A stretch of DNA of 64,000 nucleotides from Mobula hypostoma. Lineage: Eukaryota. How positions within the stretch are numbered: position 1 is the first letter of the stretch; each line of letters opens with the position of its first letter. Both the position numbers and the translations under genes were made by a program. The DNA lies in contig NC_086097.1 of the NCBI RefSeq assembly GCF_963921235.1, positions 238,888,001-238,952,000 of the forward strand. The letters run 5' to 3'. Below the pieces are notes generated by a model. The model did no database searches, was not told where the DNA came from, and saw nothing but the letters and a program-made list of their open reading frames with translations. Positions 24,745-37,108 of this stretch are shown piece by piece.

Positions 24745-26593
24745 ACTGTAATTTACAGTTTCTTATTATTATGTATTGCAATATACCACTGCCGCATAAC
24801 AACAAATTTCATTACATATGCTGGTGATATTAAACCTGGTTCCGATTCTGATCTGTGGAAGTTATTGCCACAGAGAGTTGTGGACACCAAGTCATGGGTA
24901 TATTTAAAACAGAGGTTGATAGTTTCTTAATTAGTATGGGTTTCAAAGGTTATAGTGAGGAGGCAAAAAATGGGCAAAAAGGGATTATCAGACTGCCACG
25001 ATGTACTGGTGGAGCAGACTTAATTAGCCCGAATGGCCTAATTCTGGCTGTAAATCCTATGGTCTTATGGTCTAGACATGCATACGTTTTAGTTCATGCT
25101 GAATTCTTCCATATGGCTTTGCAGTTTTCTAATTCTCTTTTCTTGGAAATTGTACCCTTCAGCAGGAATGTTGAACTAGCTGAACAAAGCCCTCAACATG
25201 TATCAATTGCTCTGTTGCAGAGATCCCTTTGAGCCATCTGTAAAAACATCACTTTATTTCAACTTTATGGAAGGCTTCACCATTCGGTCACCACTTTATG
25301 AGGTTATATAAGACCATAAGACCATAAGATACAGGAGCAGAACTAGGCCATTTGACCCATCGAGTCTGCTCCACCATTTCATCATGGCTGATTCATTTCC
25401 CCTCTCTTCCCAATCTCCTGCTTTCTCCCTGTATTCCTTCATGCCCGGAATAATCAGGCCTCCACCGTTGCATGTGGCAATGAATTCCACAGATTCGCCA
25501 CTCTCTGGCTAAAGAAATTACTCCTCAGCTCAATTCTGAAAGGACACCACTCTATTCTGAGGCTGTCTTCTCTGGTCTTAGACTCTCTCATGTAATGCTC
25601 TCAAAGCTAAGATTTCCTGTATTTCGAAGGGAGCAATCAAAATTGCATATTTATGTACTATTAATGGTCACAGTCGGAGCACTGTAACTTCAGTACAATG
25701 ATCTTTCCTTTCTTCCTCTGTCACACCTCCAACCCTTTTCATGTGGATTAGATACCAAAACCGTCACTGAGACAATTGATAACCCCCACTGCTAGGCATT
25801 GCCTCGATGTAGTTCATTTGTTGCTGAAACCTTTACCTGTGCCTTTGTTACATATCACCTTGATTCTAGACTCTTGCTGCATATTGTCTTCAGCTGCCCC
25901 CCATAAAGCAAAGCTATTTCAGCTCAGGGTGTTGGAGTTCACTCTGGTTTCTTCCAACAGTGCAACAATGTACCAGTCAGTACGTTAGTTGGTCATTCAA
26001 AGTTCAAAGTCCAAAGTGAATGTTATTATCGAAAGTAAATTTTTATTACACGTCACCACATACAGCCCTGAGATTAATTTTCCTGCGGGCACACTCAGCA
26101 AATCTATAGAATAGTAACTATAACAGGATCAATGTGAGATCTCCCAGAGTGCAGAAGAGAACGAACTGTGCAAATGCAAAAATAAATAAAAGCAATAAAA
26201 AACAAGAACATGAGATAATGAGATAAAGAGTCCTTAGAGTGAGATCATTGGTTGTGGGAGCATTTCAATGATGGGGCAAGTGAGTGTAGTTATCTCCTTT
26301 TGTTCAACAGTCTGATGGTTGAGGGGTAGTAACTGTTCTTGAACCTAGTAGTGGGAGTCCTGAGGATATTGTACTTAAAGATAGGTGGGTTGCTGGTTGG
26401 TATGGCTCATTGTGCTGTGAAGGTCTGTTCCATGCTCTATCTCTAAATAAAAAATAAATAAACGTGTCGTCATCCAAACCTTACTGCATGTGCTCATTCA
26501 AAATCAGATCCTTCTTACACTATATTCTATGCTTTCAATCTATGTTACATACTTTGTTAGTGTCTGTCACACCACTGGCGTTTAGGGCAGCAA

Positions 26594-26787
26594 GGGGTGT
26601 AAGGGGTGTCAGGGAGGGGTAGCACCTCTGGTGGGGGAACATGTGGCATCCTTTTCAGGGCGGTTAGTCCACCTCTGCTCCCCACCTGGCACTCAGCTCT
26701 CACCTGTGGCTCCCCGTAGCTGTTTGCATGTGACAGCGGCCACACCCCGGGCAACGGCTTCGACAAGCCGGCTAAACCAGGTGAGGG
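26594..26787 (+). ncRNA. HDV-like self-cleaving ribozyme (predicted)
   Basis: P1 GGGGUGU 26594-26600 / ACACCCC 26742-26748. P2 26697-26706 / 26778-26787. P3 GGC 26708-26710 / GCC 26739-26741. L3 UCCCCGUA. P1.1 CC 26712-26713 / GG 26749-26750. P4 CGGCUU-CGAC-AAGCCG. J4/2 GCUAA with the catalytic-position C at 26772. Confidence 0.8.
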
Positions 26788-27158
26788 TAGCCGACAGGTC
26801 TCAAACCCTCAGTGTGATAGGGAGTTGTCTATCCCAGCATGTGAAGACAGACTCCGGCGGATGGAGCAGAAAGAGACCAATGGAAAGTCCAACGGTCAAG
26901 AAGGCGGTCTCTGCAAGCGTCATGGAACATGTAGAGCAGGACTAGACACAGAAGGCGTCCTGGTCATCCACTGCGCCTAGTCCCATCTCCAGCCGTCTAG
27001 ACTCTGTCTTGCCACTGGATCCAGATGGGAATTAGGAAGAGAGAGTGAGGCTGACGCTGCGCAACTCTCCCTCACTTAAATCCAAATCACGCGCTAGTCT
27101 CCACACCATCATAATGGTATCAAGGTCCTCATTGATGTTGACGATGGATGAACACTGA
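26594..27158 (+). mobile_element. Short non-coding RTE-type retroelement (family B), full length
   Basis: 10-bp TSD agggcagcaa at 26584-26593 and 27159-27168. No Pol III boxes or protein domain. The 3' half (gagtgaggctg...ccctcacttaaatccaa...ggtcctc...gatggatgaac) resembles bipartite RTE-derived SINEs from memory. Confidence 0.8.
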
Positions 27159-27724
27159 AGGGCAGCAATGAAGGTTCTCCGTCTTAGCTGGTGTTCAGGG
27201 CTTCCTTCATCATGCCACTAGCTTCCTCTTGGTTTTCACTACTGTTAGTTATGCAAGTCCCCCATAGGGACTCAGGAAAACTATCACACACTGATGTAGA
27301 AGGATTCTTCGTTGCTGTTTCCATAACAATTTAGTTTCGGCAGTCAGGGTTGTTAACCATGAACTGACTTCAAACCTGGAAGATCAGCAGATCATTTTCA
27401 GTCTGGCCTTTACCCTTTGAACTGTTTGGCATGGGTGACCCTACCAAGAGCCAAAACATAAAGCCCTGACTTCAGCCAACATAGCTCTCCAAATCTCTGA
27501 GGTACACAAGCCTCCAAACCCAACCGCAAGGTTGTGGTCCTCTTGGAGGAGATTTATGTTAGCTTATGTGTAAACAATACCTCTATTTTGAAACCTTAAT
27601 TTTAAAAGCTTCACTCCGTGACATTCCTAATCACCATGTCTGCAATCTTCCCTTCATCATAGTATCATACCTCCATTTTTGGTCTTCCTATCATCACCAA
27701 GTTTAACAGTTTTGCTTCATCCTG

Positions 27725-28690
27725 AATTAGGTTTATTATCACTGCCACATGTTATGAAATTTGTTGTTTTGTGGCAGCAATACTGTGCAAAATATAAAAA
27801 TTATTATGTTATAGTTAATCAATAAACGTTTAGGGCCACACAGTAGCACAGTGGTTAGCACAACGCTTTACAGTACCAGCAGCACAGGGTTCAATTCCCG
27901 CAGCTGCCTGTAAGGAGTTGGTACGTTCTCCCTATGACCATGTGGGTTTCCTCCTGGTGCTCAGGTTTCCTCCCACAGTCCAAAGATATATCAGGTGGTA
28001 GTATAGTTGGTCATTATAAATTGTCCTGTGATTAGGCCAGAATTAAAATTGGGAGATTGCTGGGCCTATTCTGCGCTGAATCTCAATAAATTTTTAAAAA
28101 GTGAAAAAGAAATAGTGAGATAGTGCTCATAGATTTATGGACCATCCAAAACTCTGATGGCAGAGGAGAGGAAGCTGTTCCTAAAAAAGTGAGTGTGGGT
28201 CTTCAGGCTCCTGTACCTCCTCCCTGTGATAGTAGTCAGAAGAGGGCATTTCCCAGGAGGTGACTTCCCTTCATGATGGATGCCACCTTCTTGAGACGTT
28301 ATCTTTTAAAGGTGGCATCAATGGTGGAGAGTGTTGGGTCTGTAATGGAGCCACCTGACCCTACAACCCTCTGCGGCCTCTTGTAATCCTGCACATTGGA
28401 GCCTCCACACCAGGTGGCAATGAAACCAGTTTGACGCTCACCACAATACATCGGTAAAAATTTTCCGGAGTCTTTGGTGATGCACCAAATCTCTTCAAAT
28501 TCTGAATAAATTATAATGACTGGCATCCTTTCTTCATGATTGCATCAATATGTTGGCCCAGGTCAGATCCTCTGAGATGTTGATGCCCAGGAACTTGAAG
28601 CTGCTTATCCTTTCCACTGCTGACACCATTGTGTGTACTCTCCCAACTTCCTCTTCCAGAAACCCACAATCCATTCCTTGCATTTACTGA
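27725..28690 (-). mobile_element. Rex1/Babar-like LINE 3' part with an inserted V-SINE
   Basis: Degenerate FKFLG, F..MYCGE..TGFIATW.G and KRPQRVV motifs; tail at 27725. Confidence 0.7.
27833..28090 (+). mobile_element. Full-length tRNA-derived V-SINE-like element
   Basis: A box tagcacagtgg, B box gggttcaattccc, V-domain-like gtgggtttcctcctggtgctcaggtttcctcccacagtccaaaga, aataaa tail. Confidence 0.8.
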
Positions 28691-30196
28691 CTTTCAGTTC
28701 AGTGTTGTTAAGTCTGTAATACTGATTTAGATTTTTTTTCTCTCTCTGTCTTCACAGACACTGACTTCTTTGCTGTCATTTCCAGCATTCTTCTTTGGGT
28801 GTTGGGTCTCAGCAACATCTTCAACCTGCATTCAATGGATTGCTTTTATTTTTTCTCTCACCAATTACCTTCATGAATCTATAAACCAAATAGCTCAGAA
28901 AACAGTGAAATCACCTCAATAACCTTGTACTTACTCTAATTCTCTCTGTCTTCTATCCACCTCTCCTCATTCTCCCAGCAACTTTAAACTTACTTCTTTT
29001 TTTCATTTTCCAGTTCTGAATTGAGATCTCGGCCCAAAGTTCAAGACTGTGATTGGCAAGTCCTAGGGCGAAGTTTGAAGTTGAGGGCTCAATGTCTATG
29101 AGTCTGAGGTCTGCAGACCAGGAGGTGGGCTACACTGGGGTTGGTTGCCTGGTAGAGGATGAGTGGGAAAGGGGCTTGATTTGCTGCTGTTGTCTTGCTT
29201 TGTTGCTGTTTTTGCTCAACTGAACGTTGTGGGCGTGTTCTGCAGGCAATGGAATGTGTGGTAACATTTGCTGCCTGCCCCCAGCACATCCTGAGATGAG
29301 TTTGTTGCTAACACAAATGACGCATTTTACTGCATGTTTCAAAGTACCTGTGATAAATAATTCTGAATCTGGAGAACGATAACTCTATTTCTCTTCCACA
29401 GATGCTTCCAGATCTGCTGAGTGTTTCCAGCATTTTCTTTTTTCCTTCTTTCTGACTTCCAGCATCTGCAGTTTGATTGTAACTCCCTTTACAACTGCCG
29501 ACTATACCTTCAGTGAGCTTTGAAATTTCCTCCCTAAAATCCTCTGCCATTCTTCTCACTTCCTTCAGAAATGCCATTAAAACCCAATTCCTTTGGTTAA
29601 CATTTTGGTAGAACTTAACACTTTCATACAAAGCACAGGCAGATTTTGCTGGCTAAAACTCTGGTGTGATATCTTGGGGCATTTTCCTCTGGTAAAGGTG
29701 TAATGTAAATACAAGCTTTTTGTGACTAAAAAGCAATTTCTGTGAGAGGCAGGAGATGTTTTAAAATGGGAAGCTTGCTTCAGAAGAGTGTAGCCTATGA
29801 GAGCAGATGGACGAAGTGAGGAGTTCAAAAGAATCCAAAACTGAAGCAGGAGTGTTGTGCTTCAAGGAGAGCTTTGTGATCATTGCAATCGAACAGAGTA
29901 TTTTTAATTATTACAAAGGGAATTAAATACAAAAGGATCAAGGATCAACTTTACTCGTCCTATATATTTACATATATTTGGAAAATTGCCGTGGTGTGTT
30001 TGTCAGGCAAATGACATGCAACAGAAAGCAACATTCAGCAAAATAAAAAATAAAGAATTATATATAAATAAAGTTAGAGGTTAAAGTAGAATAAAAAGTT
30101 CATAAATATATAAATAAATACCAGCATGGATTTACATTGTAAACAGCATTATAATAAATAGTTTGAAGTGCATAGAGACAGTACAGTGACAGGGAT

Positions 30197-31076
30197 ATAA
30201 TAGATAATAAATTAAGCTGGAAATCACATATAAATTATGTCAAAGCAAAACTGTCAAAATCTGTTGCAATACTGTACAAAGGGCAAGATTTCTTAAATCA
30301 GGTATCTTTGTATGCATTATACTGTTCACTTATAGTCCCATACATGACTTACTGTGTAGAGGTATGGGGAAATACATACAAAACAAATGCAAACTCAATT
30401 TTTCTACTCCAAAAGAAAGTCATACGAATTGTAAATAAGACAAGTTATTATGAGCCAACCAATCCACTATTTATTCAACTTAACACTTTAAAATTCAGAG
30501 ATTTCATAGATTTTAAAATAATACAAATTATGTATAAAGTAAAAAATGGACAGCTACCACAAAGTATCCAAAGGTTGTTTAAAATGAGAGAAAGTCAACA
30601 TGATTTGAGAGGAACATGTATATTTCAAAAACAAAGGATAAGAACAAATGTAAAAAATCATTGTATTTCAGTCAGAGGGTTGAATCTATGGAACAGTTGT
30701 AGTGAGAATTTAAAAGCATGCACCACTGTTAACAATTTAAAAAAATATTTAAAAATAATTTAATGAACGAATATAAAATAGATGATTTAAAATGAATGTG
30801 AGTAATGTAAATAAATGATACTTGGAATTGGATTTTGTGTTAAAAGATTATGAAATTTTTTTGTTTTGATGTGATGATTGATGCTAAATATGTTGTTGTA
30901 TAAGTAAGAGGGGTAGGCGTAATAAGCTGAAGCTTCAGCCTACGCCCTTTCGGTCTGTTTTAAAGAATATCTATGTTTTTTTGTTGTAATTTTGTCCTAT
31001 GAAATCATCATTGAAAATGAGGCTTTTTGTTATGTTTGTACTGACCAAAATAAATTTCATTCATTCATTCATTCAT
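30197..31076 (+). mobile_element. Crack/Daphne-like (L2/CR1 group) LINE 3' end nested in a minus-strand Rex1-like element (~29935-31330)
   Basis: Open frame 30197-30763 (IIDNKLSWKSHI...LYCSLIVPYMTYCVEVWGNTYKT...GLNLWN), 3' hairpin taggc...gccta, AATAAA and (TTCA)n tail. Confidence 0.75.
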
Positions 31077-32529
31077 GAGGGGGTGAGGGGCTAACTAGAA
31101 TGGTTGATCAGATTAACTACCTCAGGGAAAAATCTTTTAAAATGGCAAGAAGCTTTTGTTTTAATAGCTCTATAGAGCTTCCTAGTAGGGAGATTTTGAA
31201 AAAGGCAGTTTGTAGAGTGACCACAATGATTTTTCTTCCCTACTTCTTTGTCTGGGTCACATACATCCCCTGCAGTGATGGTAGACTCTGCAGCCAATGA
31301 CCTTTTCTACTCTCCTGTTAGTTCATTACAGTTTTAGTATATTGTGAGAAGATGCTGTAGCAAACCAGACCCTAACGACTGAGAAAGTAAGTTTTGAGTA
31401 TCTTCTTCTTTTCATTTGTTTATATTCCGGCTTTGTGAATCCAAACATGCCAGTTGGGTGAGTAAATTGAGAGGATGTTACTCTTACTCCACCACTCAAG
31501 CAGAGGTTCCATATGTTCCCAATACATCGATTTAAGGTTCTCAGTACTATTGTGAATGTGTGGTGAATATTCACTGTTCATGGCCGGGGGTCCTTATTGC
31601 CAAGCTCAGCTCTCTAACACCAAGCAGCTAACACTTCCAAGGATTAAAGGGTTATTTTTGAGCAAGGTAAACTTTCAACCAATATTCTTCTTGTTCATCT
31701 TTTTATTATAAATGCCTTTTCTGTTATTATTGTCTTTAGCAAATGGCAAGAAATAATCAGTCTGGAGTTAAATGGACAGCTTTGCAAAGAAACAGCACTG
31801 TCTATAGACCACAGACTGATGCTCACAGAACAGGGCTCATTGCAGTGTAAGACAAAAGGATTATATTAATTGGGCTTGTATCAAACCAGACAACAGTAGT
31901 TAAGTTATTTAGTTCAATAAAGCTTGCAGAGTTGATTGACACTATCACATCAATTACATCAATTACAGGAGCTGATCTATTAATAGTTGGAAGATTTATG
32001 TACTCAGAGAGTCAGCATTCATAGCATTAACTTTGGGTATTTGGGAATCTCTGTCCACTGAAGCTTCTAGACTATCTGTGTGAAAAAGAACAAACACTTG
32101 TGAAGTCACGAAGTCACATTAAAACAGTATAAGTGTTACAGAGCAGTCAGGCTTGTTAGGAATGGTCAAAGACCATGAAAAATAATGACAGGAAGACAGG
32201 GTGAACTAGAATTCATTCCTCTGTCTTTGATTTCTGTGACAAATGCTGTATGTACTTTGATAATAATATTTAATTTGAACTTTGAACTTTGACTATAGAG
32301 TCCCATCTTGATCTCCACGCTTAATGAAAGATGTTATTGCATTGCAAGTAGTTCATAAGAGGTTTACTGAAATCAAGAACAAATAAACTATTATGCAAGG
32401 AAAGATTGGCATGTAGCCGCTGAAGCTGTGAAGCACTGGAAAGGTATTGATTGAAATAAATAGTTGACAGGAAGGATGTGGAGAGGTTTATTCCTCAAGT
32501 GCAACAAATCTAGAACTAGAGATCACAGA

Positions 32530-33340
32530 GTTTAAGTCAAGACAAGTCAAGTTTATTGTCATTTAACTGTATACATGCACACTGCCAAACGAGACAACAT
32601 TTCTCTGGACCAGGGTGTAAAGCACATTAATACACATAACACACACTAACTTATGAAAGTAAAGATGAAATCTACAGATGAATTATGCATAAATAAACAA
32701 ACTAAAGTGCATAAATTAAATATTGCATGCTACAGAAGAGATTAACCAGTGACACTTCACATATGATGAGCTCAGAAGCCTAATAGCCTGAGGAAAGAAA
32801 CCGTTTCCTATCCTCTGATCGTGTTTTTATGCATCAGTTTCTCCTGCCTGAAGATAGGAAGTCAAAAAAGGATGCTGGATGGATGGGTGGGATCCTTAAT
32901 AATACAAAGGGCCCTGCGTACACATTGCTCCTGATAAATGTCCCCGATGGATGGTAGGGAGATCCTATGATCCTCTCAGCTATTCTCACAGTCCTTTTTA
33001 GGGACTTCCAGTCTGATGCTTCACTACTCCCATACCAGATGGAGATGTAACTTGTCAGGACACTCTCAATGATATTCCTCTAAAATGCAGTTAATATTTA
33101 GCGGGGGAGCTTCTCTTTCCTCCATCTCCATAGGAAGTGGGGGCACTGTTGTACCGTCTTGTTCAGGAAGGTGATATTGAGGGACCAGGTGAGGTCATAC
33201 ATGATGTGAATTTCTAGGAACCTGGTGCATTTCACCCTCTTTACGGAGGAGCTGCGTATTCACAGGGGGGGATGGTTCATCTGCACCTTCATGAGGTCCA
33301 CAATAATCTCCTTGGTCTTCTCCACATTCAGGCTTAGGCT
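32530..33340 (-). mobile_element. Rex1/Babar-like LINE 3' part
   Basis: LNVEKTKEIIVD and KFLG remnants; (cttga) tail at ~32535. Confidence 0.7.
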
Positions 33341-33543
33341 CTTCTTTTTGAAACACTTGTCCCATCACGGATGTCTGCAGCATTTTATGAAGTGCCTCAT
33401 TGAACTGCCTTTTAACGAGGGCTTTGTCATAACGAGAGGACAGCCTCAGTCGTGACTTTTCATTTTCCGTGCGGACTCTGTTACCTATCTTAACAACACT
33501 GACTAACTGACACCTTTCATAATGACTGCTAATGTTTTATGTA

Positions 33544-33885
33544 TGTCACTGTGAGCCCTGGTGACGTCTGAACCCAGCTGTGGAGGAACGACAGACTCCC
33601 ATGTACAGACGAAAATACAACATCGTACATAGGAATTCCAACAAGACATTGGTGGCTCGACTGAGCGACACCATGAAAGAAATTGGTCTCAGAACTAGGA
33701 CCCCACGATAAGTGCTAATTAGGAGTCTGCTTTAAATAATCACAGAACATGGAGAACCCATGCCAGTCAAAATAAACTTGACAAGATTAAACAGTTAAGG
33801 CAACAATTAACAAATACAGGTGCTGTGGAAACCTCAGAACCCAGTGCTCTCTGACTCCCTGAGCAGGGCCATAGGGCTCATGACA
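33544..33885. mobile_element. Old solo LTR candidate (~340 bp)
   Basis: tgtca..tgagccct / agggctcatgaca inverted termini. Flanks tgta and cata are compatible with a CGTA TSD after CpG decay. Confidence 0.5.
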
Positions 33886-34402
33886 CATATATGAACAGGA
33901 GCAAGGAAAAACTTACTTGCAGCAACATTGCAAGCACGTAATGACCTTCACAAGAAAACAAATAAATTGAACACAATTTTAACATTAAGTCTCATGATAT
34001 TGCAGACTTCATCCAAGCCACACTGCAAAAGAACACACTTTTTATTAGCTCAGCCACAGCTAGCATCTGTTTAAACCCTCATCTGAAAACAGCATCTTTG
34101 ACAACACCAGATTCTGATAATACTGCACTGGGTATTATCCTAGATATAATAACTCGTAACACTCATGTGAGATTTGAACCCTTAACCTTCTGACTCATTG
34201 ATTAAAGATTAAAGATTAGCTGTATCTCTCAAAAGTGTATCAAAACAGTCAGTGAAATGTATCTTCCAAAATTACATTGAAAAAGTTTGTGAAATGTATC
34301 TTTCAAAAGTACATTGAGAGAGTCAATGAGATTTATCATTTGTGTCAATGACTGACACAGTCGAAAGATTTGCTAGGGCATCATGCTCCCAGTGCCAACA
34401 TA

Positions 34403-34915
34403 CAGTACAGTGTAAAATTATTGCCACGTATTTGTAGCTAGGGTGGCTAAGACTTTGGCACAATACTGTATTTGTTAATGTGAAGCAGAGCGCAAGTTTG
34501 TAAATCTGGCAGGAACCAAGGATGTTGGGAGTGGTGCGGATTGAGAGCCGGGGGTGGTGGGGTGGTGGGGGATGTGGGACAGGTGGCAGAGGGTCGAATG
34601 TGTGCAGTCACACCCAGACCTGAGACACCAGGCAAGGTCATTTGATTCCAAACAATTAGTTTATTGATCATTACGAAATGTCTCATTGGTGCTTCCCACT
34701 CCCTCCCCTCTCCCTTCCCCTTTTCCCAATCATAATTCCCCTCTTCCTGCCCCCTTCCCACTCTCCGTCCACAGCAGAGATCTATGCTAGAATTAGATTT
34801 ATCATCACAATTGTCATGAAACTTGTTTTTATTGTGGTAGCAGCACAGTCCAATACATAAAATACATAAATTATTACAGTACTGTGCAAAAGTCTTAGGC
34901 ACCCTAGCTATAGTG
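34403..34915. mobile_element. Tc1/mariner-type composite MITE
   Basis: cagtactgtgcaaaagtcttaggcac-type arms at both ends, flanked by TA; the host reads gccaacaTAgcatcccc when the element is removed. Confidence 0.55.
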
Positions 34916-35264
34916 TAGCATCCCCACAACTGACTAAATCTAACTCATATGTCTTTGGAATGTGAGCGGAAACCAGAGCAGCTAGAGGAAGTCATACAGT
35001 CAGGGGAGTATGTACAAACTCTTTACATACAGTAGCAGTAATATCCAGTGAGGGTGGATAGTAGTATAGTGGTTAGCACAACACTTTACAGTGCCGGCCA
35101 TGACCCCTGATCAATTATTGCTGGCGTTGTAAAGTGTTATGTCAACTGCAACACTACCATGCCACCTCAAACTGAATATTACCAACTGAACTATGACTGA
35201 TAATGAAGCAAAAGACAGCATATTTGAAGTAGAGGTGACTGAGGCTTAAAAACTACTGTAATTT

Positions 35265-35550
35265 TTATTTCTTAATTGAAACACAACAGGGAGTAGGCCC
35301 TTGCAGGCCTTTGAGCTATACCGTCCAGCAACTCCCAATTTATCACTAGCCTAATCACGGGACATTTTACAGTGACCAGTTCAGTTACCAACCGATACGA
35401 TTTGGACTGTAAGAGGAAACCAGAGCCCTCTGAGGAAACACATGCGGTTACGGGGAGAAGGTACAATCTCCTTACGGGCAGCGGCGGGAAATGAACCCAG
35501 GTCACCTGAGTTGTAAAGCAGTGTGTTGACCACTACGCTACCATGCCGTC
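35265..35550 (-). mobile_element. Full-length V-SINE-like element
   Basis: Reverse homolog of 27833-28090. Confidence 0.75.
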
Positions 35551-36793
35551 ATTTCGATAATTATTTGTGTTGAATTCTTGAAATAGAGGTGATTGAGCCT
35601 GAAGAACAGTTGTAATTACTTGCATTGATGTATATTCTGTCTATCCATTATCAATTCTAATGGACTCCAGTGTGGCCTCTAATAATAACCACAGACACTG
35701 TGGCTCCATTTTCTCTTAATTTTATGGATGACTTTAAATATATTATTGGATTAAATTCAAATAGAGGCCATTGCAAGTCCAAAGCCGCATTATGTTTATT
35801 TACTAGCACTCCATCATGGAGAAAGATCTGCCAGTGGTAGCCAAATAAATCTCATAACCTGTATTTATCTTGTGCCTGAGGACTCGCACCACCAGTTTCA
35901 AGAACAGTTGCTATCAGCTTTTTGTACAAAAGGGGATAACTACACTCATTCTATTTCTGGTATTTCCCCAACCGATGGTCTCACTTTAGGCCTCTTTTTA
36001 TCTTGATATCTCCTGCAATAAAATTTTGTATTAACTGTTGAATTTGATATTACTTTAAATTTAAATGCAAAAACTATATTAAAGCAAGAAATACTAAAAG
36101 GCGAAGTAACAGTGTAATAATTGACTAATTAGATCCATTCATTTCAGAAAAATATTATTTCCTAGTAATTCAGCCCTAGTAAAGATGATTGAGAATGACA
36201 TGACACCATTACACCATAAACTCATGTCACTTTGATTATTTATTCATAATTCATCTGTAAATTGTATCCTTACTTTCCTAAATTATTGTATGTTATATGT
36301 ATGTTATGTGCACAACTGTGCTTTACGCTCTGGTCAAATTCAACAGTTAATACAAAGACACATAACAGAATCAATGCAGATTTTCATTGATTCTATTGTG
36401 CTTTTTCATATTTAGTGTGAATGCTCACAAGGAAATGAATCTCAGGGTAGTATATGGTGTCATATATGTACTTTGATGATAAATTTACTGTGGACTTTGA
36501 AATCGAATGCTCGTCACTTTTCATGAAGCAAGAGAATGGGGATAAAATAACAAAGTGAAATATTCTCAAAAAATATGTTCTTTTTTTCTTTATTATGGAT
36601 GTTCAAAGTCAATTTTATTATCAAAGTACATATATGTCACCGTATACAATCCTGATATTTATTTTCTTGTGGGCATACTAAACAAATCTATAGAATAAAA
36701 ACTATAACGGAATCAGTGAAAGATCACTCATCTCAGGCATTCAACCGGATTGCAGAAGGCAACAAACTGTGCAAATGCAAAAGAAGAAACAAT

Positions 36794-37108
36794 GAAGACA
36801 TCCATTAGTCTTGCGAGACCATGGATCTGCGCCTGGAAAGTCTTCACTCTCCAGGGCGCAGGCCTGGGCAAGGTTGTATGGAAGACCAGCAGTTGCCCAT
36901 GTTGCAAGTCTCCCCTCTGCATGCCACTGATGTTGTCCAAGGGAAGGGCATTAGGACCCATACAGCTTGACGCCAGTGTCGTCGCAGAGCAATGTGTGAT
37001 TAAGTGCCTTGCTCAAGGACACAACACGTTGCCTCGGCTGGGGCTCGAACTCACGACCTTCAAATTGCTAGTCGAATGCCTTAACCACTTGGCCACGTGC
37101 CCACACAT
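36794..37108 (-). mobile_element. tRNA-derived SINE, copy 2 (family of 17248)
   Basis: A/B boxes on the minus strand; 13-bp TSD aagaagaaacaat at 36781-36793 and 37115-37127. Confidence 0.88.

Larger units (their letters stand above)
26558..27550 (-). mobile_element. RTE-derived family A, copy 4, split by the ribozyme-bearing element
   Basis: Reverse complement is colinear with copies 1-3 once 26594-27168 is removed. Confidence 0.8.

Noticed and set aside
26603..26609. Second GGGGUGU as the ribozyme P1 strand
   Set aside because: It pairs with cctggcactc (26685-26694) to close the J1/2 hairpin, while the first copy coincides with the TSD-defined 5' end.
34250..34330. Two ~37-bp direct repeats (gtgaaatgtatctt...acattga) as a CRISPR-like array
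   Set aside because: Only a local tandem duplication within a LINE/SINE tail in eukaryotic DNA; no spacers or cas genes.
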